64,000 nt of DNA, taken from the NCBI GenBank assembly GCA_037440925.1, contig JBBITF010000006.1, forward strand, positions 1 through 64,000, in the 5' to 3' direction. The position numbers were made by a program, and so were the translations under genes. Below the pieces are notes generated by a model, which was given only the letters and a program-made list of their open reading frames with translations, was not told the origin of the DNA and ran no database searches. Source of the stretch: Chloroflexota bacterium. GTDB lineage: Bacteria > Chloroflexota > Anaerolineae > Anaerolineales > Villigracilaceae. Numbering within the stretch: the stretch's first letter is position 1; the number at the start of each line of letters is the position of its first letter. This document shows, in pieces, positions 57,497 through 64,000 of the stretch.

Positions 57497-58351
57497 TCAA
57501 GCCTTTTTCAGCACGGCCGCCGCTGCATAGCCTACTACCGCGGCGTAATCGCCGGTGACGTCGCCAGAGGTAGCATGGCGTAGTATTTGCACTGTATCTG
57601 CGCCCAGTTCACGCGCCGCCCACAACACCGCCGCCATGGCGGCATGACCGCAAGCAAAGCCTTTGCCGCTGCGCTCGGCCTGGAAAATGCCTTCTGGAGA
57701 AAAGGCCTCCACCTCTGCCAACATGGTTCGATCGAGGTGCAGGGCTGCCTTCTGGTCGTAGAAGTGGGAAAGGTCAGTGCTGGCGACCAGCATGGCATTC
57801 TTGCCACGCAATATTGCGGCCAACGCCTTCCCCAATGCCTGCGAGACGTCCTGTTGTTGAGAACGCACCATCACCGGCAGTAAGCGGAAATTTCCGCTCA
57901 GCGCGCGCTGTAAGAACGGCAGTTCGATTTCCAGCGAATGCTCCGGGTCATTCGACACGGCGCTCAGGCCAAAGCCTACGCTGACTTGTAAGGTTTGATT
58001 CAATTGTTCCACCGCTTCTCTGTCCACCGGTACAAGGCCTAACGGCGTGGCGTAGGCGGCGTGAGCGGTGGTGAGCAACGGCTCTCGGTAGGGGTGGTGC
58101 ATGGGCGCAATCACGGCAACCACGTCGAAGGAGCGGCCGCGCAGGGCGGCAAAGGCATAGCCCGCTACGGGGCCAGAATAGCGGTGACCGGCATGAGGCG
58201 CAATGACAGCCACCACTTCGCCGGGTAAATCTGGCAGGTGGGCTTCGTCCATGTAAGTATCCACGCTGTGCGCCAGGGACTGAGGGTCGCCCTCATACCA
58301 GGTCCCGGCAATGGGCGAGGGGCGCGCACTAGAAATAACTTGCATAGACAT
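57497..58351 (-). CDS. MEMO1-family protein (AmmeMemoRadiSam system protein B)
   Basis: RPSPIAGTWY N-terminal motif. Conserved His/Asp/Cys residues (HAGHRYSG, GFACGH). Start at Met6 (58351) has best GGAGG spacing. The ORF as given runs 5' to 58366. Confidence 0.75.
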   Translation of the reverse strand: MSMQVISSARPSPIAGTWYEGDPQSLAHSVDTYMDEAHLPDLPGEVVAVIAPHAGHRYSGPVAGYAFAALRGRSFDVVAVIAPMHHPYREPLLTTAHAAYATPLGLVPVDREAVEQLNQTLQVSVGFGLSAVSNDPEHSLEIELPFLQRALSGNFRLLPVMVRSQQQDVSQALGKALAAILRGKNAMLVASTDLSHFYDQKAALHLDRTMLAEVEAFSPEGIFQAERSGKGFACGHAAMAAVLWAARELGADTVQILRHATSGDVTGDYAAVVGYAAAAVLKKA

Positions 58352-58583
58352 TTCTAAAGCCTCCATCTCTATTATACGACTGCGGGGCTTATTTTAGATT
58401 GGCAATTGACGAGGTTTTCGAGCCATGCTATCATGCAGGCATTATTCTCTCTCATTATATTCGGTTCTTTACCAAAGCGATCTTCTCAAAGAGAATGGGC
58501 GAAGCAGAATTTTTGGGTGTGCCAGGCGCGCCGAAAACATCTGCACCCCAATTGATTGAGAGGATCCCCAAAGGAGTTATTCT

Positions 58584-59657
58584 ATGAGTATTGAATTTGT
58601 TTTACGTATTATCGGAATGATTGTCTTTGCAATCATGGGCGGCTACGGAGGAGACATCCTAGGGCGCGTTGATCCTCGCCAGAGATTATTCTACATTGTA
58701 CTACTTGGGTTAGTAGGGGCGCTGGCCGGTCTCATCTTAACTCCCTATCTTACCACGCGCCCGGCGCGCGCCATGCGCGCTCGGCTGGGACGCCTGGCCG
58801 CAGAGACCTTGTTTGCCGGCTTGATTGGGTTGGTGGTCGGTTTGTTGATCGCGGCGCTGCTGGCCTTTCCGCTTTCGCTCCTGCCTGACCCTTTTGGCAG
58901 TATCCTGCCTTTTGTGGGGGTGGTTGTCTTTGGCTACCTGTCGGTGTCCCTGTTTATCATGCGCCAAGGCGACATCATGAGCCTGATCAGCGCCCTGGGG
59001 GGGCGCAACGAAGGCGGCGGCTCTTCTGCCTGGACAAACTTGAACCGCACCATCCTGCTCGATACCAGCGTTATCATTGATGGGCGCGTAGCCGATATTG
59101 TCAAATCGGGTTTCCTGCCTGGCACCTTGTTGATTCCCCGCTTTGTGCTGAACGAATTGCAATATATCGCCGACTCGCCCGACGGCCTGCGTCGTCAGCG
59201 TGGACGGCGCGGCATGGAAGTGTTGGCCGAATTGCAAAAACAGCCCAACATCCTGACGCGCGTCAGCGACATAGACGTGGAAGGGATGCGCGAGGTGGAC
59301 GACAAACTGGTCGTTTTGGCGCGCCAGTTGAAATGTCCCATCCTGACCAATGACTACAACCTGAACCGTATTGCCGAATTGCAGGGCGTCACCATTTTGA
59401 ACATCAACGAACTGGCCAATGCCGTCAAATCGGTGGTGCTGCCTGGCGAGATTTTGCGCATCAACGTCATCCAGGAAGGCAAAGAACGCGACCAGGGCGT
59501 TGGCTACATGGACGACGGCACAATGGTGGTGGTCGAGAATGGCCGCGATTGTATCGGCGAATACTGCGAAGTCAGCGTCACCAAGGTCTTGCAGACCGCC
59601 GCCGGCCGCATGATCTTTGCCAGGGTGGAGGAAGAAAAGAACAACAAGAAGAAATAA
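58584..59657 (+). CDS. PIN/TRAM-domain membrane protein (YacL-like)
   Basis: N-terminal TM helices. PIN-like core ([11 protein letters not shown]...). C-terminal TRAM-like beta domain. Located immediately upstream of cysS. Confidence 0.6.
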   Translation: MSIEFVLRIIGMIVFAIMGGYGGDILGRVDPRQRLFYIVLLGLVGALAGLILTPYLTTRPARAMRARLGRLAAETLFAGLIGLVVGLLIAALLAFPLSLLPDPFGSILPFVGVVVFGYLSVSLFIMRQGDIMSLISALGGRNEGGGSSAWTNLNRTILLDTSVIIDGRVADIVKSGFLPGTLLIPRFVLNELQYIADSPDGLRRQRGRRGMEVLAELQKQPNILTRVSDIDVEGMREVDDKLVVLARQLKCPILTNDYNLNRIAELQGVTILNINELANAVKSVVLPGEILRINVIQEGKERDQGVGYMDDGTMVVVENGRDCIGEYCEVSVTKVLQTAAGRMIFARVEEEKNNKKK

Positions 59658-59661
59658 TCCT

Positions 59662-61059
59662 ATGATCCGTGTCTACAACACCCTCACCCGTCAAAAAGAA
59701 GACTTTGTGACTATTGAACCGGGCAAGGTCCGCATGTACGTATGCGGACCCACCGTCTACAGCGACGCGCACGTCGGCCATGCTATGTCGGCGTTGGTGT
59801 TCGACATCATTCGCCGCTACCTCGAATATCGCGGCTACCAGGTCAAGCACGTCATGAACTATACCGACGTGGACGATAAAATCATCAAACGCGCCAACGA
59901 AATGGGCGTTGACCCTTTCCAACTCTCCCAAAAATACATCCAAGATTTCGACCGCAGCCTCGAAGACCTCAACATCCTGCCTCCCAGCGCCAAGCCGCAG
60001 GTCAGCAAGACCATGCCGCAAATCATCGCCTTTGTGCAGGGCCTCATCGAAAAAGGCTATGCCTATGCGGCTCCCAATGGCGATGTGTACTTCCATGTCA
60101 CGCGCGACGAAGACTATGGCAAATTGTCGGGCCGCAAATTAGACCAAATGCAGGCCGGCGCGCGTATCGAAATCGGCGAACAAAAAGAACACCCGATGGA
60201 CTTTGCCCTGTGGAAAGCCGCCAAACCCGGCGAACCGGCCTGGGATTCACCCTGGGGTAAAGGCCGCCCCGGCTGGCACATCGAATGCTCCGCCATGAAC
60301 CTGGCCGAACTGGGCGAACAAATTGACATTCACGGCGGCGGCAACGACCTCATCTTCCCACACCACGAAAACGAAATCGCCCAGACCGAATGCTACACCG
60401 GCAAACCCTTTGCCCGCTATTGGATACACAACGGCATGTTACAACTGGGCGGCGAGAAAATGTCCAAATCACTTGGCAACATCATCAGCATCCAAGAATT
60501 CCTCCGCCAGCGAGACGCAGATGTGATGCGGATGCTGGTGTTGAATGGCGCCTACCGCGCCCCGCTTCTGTTCACGGACGAGACGCTGGACGCTGCCGAA
60601 AACGGCCTCGCCCGCCTCAAAACCGGACTTCGACCCGCTCTGCCCAACTCAAAGGGAATCTCCGCCGCAAGCGCCGCTGAACTTGCCTCCCAGGCCGAAT
60701 CTGCAAAAGCAGCCTTCATCGCCGCTATGGACGACGACTTCAACACTGCCGGCGCCCTGGCCCCGCTGTATGAACTGGTCAAAGCCATCAACACCGCCCG
60801 CGATGCCGGCGCCGCGCCTGAACAACTTGCCCCCGCCCAAACCATCTTGCGCGAACTCACTGCTGTACTCGGCCTGCGCCTCACCCAAAAGACCGCTGCC
60901 GGCGAGGCCGACAAATTCATCGAACTGTTGCTCGAAGTGCGCAGCGAAGCGCGCAAACAAAAACTATGGGCTTTGTCAGATATGATTCGCGATAGGCTCA
61001 AAGACCTGGGCGTGATCGTCGAGGACGGCAAAGAAGGAACGATATGGAGATGGGGATAA
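59662..61059 (+). CDS. cysS: Cysteine--tRNA ligase
   Basis: HIGH (HVGHA) and KMSKS motifs. Zinc-ligand cysteines (CGPT...; ECS). 465 aa from ATG 59662. Confidence 0.9.
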   Translation: MIRVYNTLTRQKEDFVTIEPGKVRMYVCGPTVYSDAHVGHAMSALVFDIIRRYLEYRGYQVKHVMNYTDVDDKIIKRANEMGVDPFQLSQKYIQDFDRSLEDLNILPPSAKPQVSKTMPQIIAFVQGLIEKGYAYAAPNGDVYFHVTRDEDYGKLSGRKLDQMQAGARIEIGEQKEHPMDFALWKAAKPGEPAWDSPWGKGRPGWHIECSAMNLAELGEQIDIHGGGNDLIFPHHENEIAQTECYTGKPFARYWIHNGMLQLGGEKMSKSLGNIISIQEFLRQRDADVMRMLVLNGAYRAPLLFTDETLDAAENGLARLKTGLRPALPNSKGISAASAAELASQAESAKAAFIAAMDDDFNTAGALAPLYELVKAINTARDAGAAPEQLAPAQTILRELTAVLGLRLTQKTAAGEADKFIELLLEVRSEARKQKLWALSDMIRDRLKDLGVIVEDGKEGTIWRWG

Positions 61060-61070
61060 CTGACTCCACC

Positions 61071-61814
61071 ATGAAAAAACAACGAGAATTTCTCAAAGCC
61101 TATCGCTGGGACAGGTTTGCAAGCGAGCAAACCCCTCAGCGCCAGAACGTGCCTCCGCCTCCACTCCAAAAGCCCTACCCTAAGGATGCAGAACGCATTG
61201 ATCTGGTGACACCGGACGATTTTCAGGTAGGAAAAGCGCCCCTGCTGGAGGTCATCCGCTCCCGCAAGAGCCACAGGGCCTACACAGACGATCCCCTCTC
61301 ACTGGAAGAATTGTCGTTCTTGCTGTGGGCCACCCAAGGCATACGGGAGGTATCACAAGACGGCAAATATACCAGGCGGACGGTGCCATCGGGCGGAGCG
61401 CGCCATTCGTTCGAAACGTACCTGCTGGTGAGTCGCGTAGAACGCCTGGCGCCCGGCTTGTATCGCTACCTGCCTATCGAGCATAAGTTACTTTTTCTCC
61501 ATCCTGTGAACAACCTGGCTGAACAAGTTAGCGCAGGCTGCCGCGACCAGAAGTTTGTTGGCAATGCAGCGGTGGTATTCGTGTGGACAACCCTCCCTTA
61601 CCGGGCAGAGTGGCGCTATGGTCTGGTTGCGCACAAGATGATTGCCATGGATGCCGGCCATGTATGCCAAAACCTGTACCTGGCTTGCGGCGCAATTGGG
61701 GCTGGCGCCTGCGCCGTGGATGCCTATAACCAGGACAAAATGGACGCCCTGGTAGATGTGGATGGAGAAGATGAATTTGTAGTCTACGTTGCGCCGGTAG
61801 GGAAGGTCAGGTGA
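61071..61814 (+). CDS. SagB/ThcOx-type (nitroreductase-superfamily) dehydrogenase
   Basis: RSRKSHRAY...PSGGARH...AGHVCQNLYLA are the SagB-type dehydrogenase signatures. Start at MKKQ (61071) just after the cysS stop. ORF is open from 61044. Confidence 0.65.
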   Translation: MKKQREFLKAYRWDRFASEQTPQRQNVPPPPLQKPYPKDAERIDLVTPDDFQVGKAPLLEVIRSRKSHRAYTDDPLSLEELSFLLWATQGIREVSQDGKYTRRTVPSGGARHSFETYLLVSRVERLAPGLYRYLPIEHKLLFLHPVNNLAEQVSAGCRDQKFVGNAAVVFVWTTLPYRAEWRYGLVAHKMIAMDAGHVCQNLYLACGAIGAGACAVDAYNQDKMDALVDVDGEDEFVVYVAPVGKVR

Positions 61815-61820
61815 ACGGCG

Positions 61821-62309
61821 ATGAACGCTACGCACGGCACATACATCCTCTTGCTGCACAACCAGGCGCAAATCAAAGTTCAAGTGGGCCGTTTGCGAGA
61901 GATTGTGTTCGAACCAGGCTACTACCTTTATGTGGGCAGCGCATTCGGGCCGGGGGGCGTGCGTGCGCGGGTGCTGCGTCATTGCCGCCGTCATAAGCCC
62001 CTTCACTGGCACATAGATTACCTGAGCGCAGTGACTACTCCTTTGGGCGCATGGTACTGTCATGCAGCGACGCCGCTCGAACATGACTGGGCTGGCGCCT
62101 TACAGAAAATGGACGGTTTTTTGCCCATTTTGGGGTTTGGATGCAGCGATTGCAAGTGCGCTTCACATCTCTTTCATACACTTACCCCACCAGACCTGGC
62201 GCAATTTCCAGGCGTTGCAGGGCAAGAAGACCCTAAAGGTTTGCCTTACTATCGCAACCTCTATCTGCCCGCCTCTCCCTTTGGGAGAGTGTTGGTACCT
62301 TACAACTGA
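61821..62309 (+). CDS. DUF123 (GIY-YIG-like nuclease superfamily) protein
   Basis: GTYILLLHNQ...YLYVGSA...HWHIDYL pattern typical of DUF123 proteins. 162 aa. Confidence 0.55.
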   Translation: MNATHGTYILLLHNQAQIKVQVGRLREIVFEPGYYLYVGSAFGPGGVRARVLRHCRRHKPLHWHIDYLSAVTTPLGAWYCHAATPLEHDWAGALQKMDGFLPILGFGCSDCKCASHLFHTLTPPDLAQFPGVAGQEDPKGLPYYRNLYLPASPFGRVLVPYN

Positions 62310-62369
62310 AATTCTTGTTTTTTGGTCACTGCCTACCCTCGCGCCTATTTTGATGTTGAGAAGAGGCAA

Positions 62370-62457
62370 CGGTTGTAGGACGGTTGTAGGACAGACCTTT
62401 GGTCTGTCCAGGACAGGTCGGAGACCTGTCCTACGGTTGGTTGCGGCTGGAAGCCGC
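62370..62457. repeat. Cluster of a 12-nt tandem direct repeat and three consecutive hairpins
   Basis: CGGTTGTAGGAC x2 (62370-62392). GGACAGACC-ttt-GGTCTGTCC (62389-62409). GGACAGGTC-gga-GACCTGTCC (62411-62431). GCGGCT-gga-AGCCGC (62443-62457). GTAGGAC/GTCCTAC can close the first two hairpins. Confidence 0.6.
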
Positions 62458-62559
62458 GCTATGGTGAGGCTAGGCAGTTATCATTAACCTGAATTTGCTA
62501 TGCATAGGAGGGTGGGGCATCAGAGTATAATTTACATATCCTATTGCCTGGAGGATGAG

Positions 62560-63729
62560 ATGAGCGATCTTGCCTTGTTTCCTTTGACCGATGAACACAA
62601 GATGATTCGCGACACAGCGCGCGATTTTGCCCAAAAAGAAATTGCTCCCATTGCAGCAGAATTCGATGAGAGCGGAGAGTTTCCCAATAAGACCATCCAA
62701 AAGATGGGCGCCATGGGCTTCATGGGCATCGAAGTCCCTGAAGCCTACGGCGGCGCGGGCATGGACACCTTGTCTTATGTGCTGGCGCTGGAGGAAATCT
62801 CCAAAGTGGATGCAGCGCATGGCGTCATCATGTCTGTCAATAATTCTCTCTACTGTCACGGCATTCTCAAATTTGGGACAGAAGAACAGAAGAAGAAATA
62901 TCTACCGCCTGTCGCCTCTGGCCGCAGTATCGGCGCGTATTCGCTCACCGAGCCGATGTCGGGTTCGGATGCCGGCTCGATGCGTACCCGCGCTGTGCGG
63001 GATGGCGATTTTTACATCTTGAATGGACGCAAGTCCTGGGTCACGAGCGGACCGGTGGCCGACTATGTAGTTGTCTTTATGATGACCGATCCGGCCAAGA
63101 AACAAAAGGGCATTAGCGCCTTCATCGTCGAAGCCAATACGCCCGGCTTTGTGCGCGGCAAGAAAGAGCCTAAACTCGGCATCCGCGCCTCGGCTACCAG
63201 CGAATTGGTCTTCGAGGATTGCCGCGTGCCAGTCGAAAACCGCTTGGGCGAGGAAGGCGAAGGCTTCAAAATTGCGATGACGGTGTTGGATGTGGGGCGC
63301 ATTGGCATTGCGGCGCAAGCGTTGGGCATTGCCGAGGCCGCGTATGAGGCTGCCCTGGCTTACGCCCGCGAGCGCGAGGCTTTTGGTCAGAAGATCGGCG
63401 AATTTCAGGGTATTTCTTTCAAATTAGCCGATATGAAGACGCGCATCGAGGCCTCCCGCCTGCTGATTTACAATGCCGCCATGGCTAAAGAGAGGTCCAA
63501 GACAAGCGGTGAACGCTTCACACTTCAATCCTCGACGGCAAAATTGTTTGCCTCCGAGACGGCCATGTTCTGCGCCCATGCCGCCGTCCAGATTCACGGC
63601 GGCATCGGCTACAGCAAGGAATACCCCGTCGAACGCTACTTCCGCGACGCTAAGATTACCGAAATCTACGAAGGCACCAGCGAGATTCAACGCCTGGTCA
63701 TCAGCCGCAGCGAATTGGGATTGAAATAG
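62560..63729 (+). CDS. Acyl-CoA dehydrogenase (short/butyryl-CoA type)
   Basis: GGAGGA RBS and ATG 62560. Canonical ACAD N-terminal, middle and C-terminal domains, with catalytic Glu in YEGTSEIQ. Confidence 0.9.
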   Translation: MSDLALFPLTDEHKMIRDTARDFAQKEIAPIAAEFDESGEFPNKTIQKMGAMGFMGIEVPEAYGGAGMDTLSYVLALEEISKVDAAHGVIMSVNNSLYCHGILKFGTEEQKKKYLPPVASGRSIGAYSLTEPMSGSDAGSMRTRAVRDGDFYILNGRKSWVTSGPVADYVVVFMMTDPAKKQKGISAFIVEANTPGFVRGKKEPKLGIRASATSELVFEDCRVPVENRLGEEGEGFKIAMTVLDVGRIGIAAQALGIAEAAYEAALAYAREREAFGQKIGEFQGISFKLADMKTRIEASRLLIYNAAMAKERSKTSGERFTLQSSTAKLFASETAMFCAHAAVQIHGGIGYSKEYPVERYFRDAKITEIYEGTSEIQRLVISRSELGLK

Positions 63730-63754
63730 AGAAAAGCCGCCACACTGAAACTGT

Positions 63755-64000
63755 ATGACCAAACCGATGCGCACACAGCAGATGACCTGGCTCAAACACC
63801 GCTGGTTGGCCGGGGTGATTGGCCTGGTTTTGATGGTCAGCGGGCAGGCTTGGGTGAGTCTCGATACGCTGCCGCCTCGTCCCCCGCTCAAGTTGGGCAT
63901 CTGGCTGACCGAAGAAATCCATCTTGCCATTCCCAGTATAGACAATGTCTTGTATGGCCTGCCGTTGTTGCTGATGGGGGGCGCGCTGTTGGCGTGGACG
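63755..64000 (+). CDS. Hypothetical membrane protein, 5' fragment (runs off window end)
   Basis: ATG 63755. MTKPMRTQQMTWLKHRWLAGVIGLVLMV... hydrophobic helices. No stop before the window end. Confidence 0.35.
   Translation, partial: MTKPMRTQQMTWLKHRWLAGVIGLVLMVSGQAWVSLDTLPPRPPLKLGIWLTEEIHLAIPSIDNVLYGLPLLLMGGALLAWT

Noticed and set aside
62370-62392. Possible CRISPR array from the repeated CGGTTGTAGGAC
   Set aside because: Only two contiguous copies with no spacers and no cas genes. It is a tandem duplication within a hairpin cluster.

Overview
High-GC bacterial chromosome segment with compact, mostly co-directional operons and many 4-nt ATGA or TAATG stop/start overlaps. Lineage is not assignable from sequence alone.

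The window holds three blocks.

(1) Positions 195-9500 carry a CoA-centred catabolic cluster: family-III CoA-transferase, GNAT, 3-hydroxyacyl-CoA dehydrogenase, two thiolases (one SCP-x type with an adjacent OB-fold/DUF35-like protein), a long acyl-CoA dehydrogenase and PhzF.

(2) Housekeeping genes are scattered through the window: tRNA-Arg(CCG), an unusually long secA, add, acnA, a flotillin, cysS, and a PIN/TRAM protein.

(3) The centrepiece is a ~21 kb dissimilatory sulfite reductase locus (28.5-49 kb). It sits behind a 520-bp AT-rich, palindrome-dense regulatory island. Gene order is: YeiH/UPF0324 putative sulfate-exporter-family transporter, dsrA, dsrB, dsrD, dsrC, an attenuator-like hairpin, dsrM, dsrK. 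No dsrJOP follows. Instead there is a non-canonical respiratory module: a membrane-anchored diheme cytochrome c, a TAT-exported Rieske protein, a monoheme cytochrome c, a PsrABC-like Mo-bisPGD/FeS/NrfD trio, a 62-aa membrane protein, and a 696-aa cytochrome c / 2-TM / Ala-rich-repeat protein. After that come a DsrE-like protein, a ferredoxin, dsrN, a translationally coupled radical-SAM/SPASM protein, and a Ca/Mg-type P-type ATPase ending at a strong terminator.

Convergent with this locus (49-54.3 kb, minus strand) is a second paralogous DsrK/DsrM-like pair, fused with an FeS subunit and an NrfD::hexaheme-cytochrome-c fusion, under an XRE-cupin regulator.

The intergenic DNA at 54.4-55.1 kb contains a MITE-like 13-bp terminal-inverted-repeat element enclosing an array of CACGAAT/ATTCGTG repeats.

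No CRISPR, transposase or integrase is visible.
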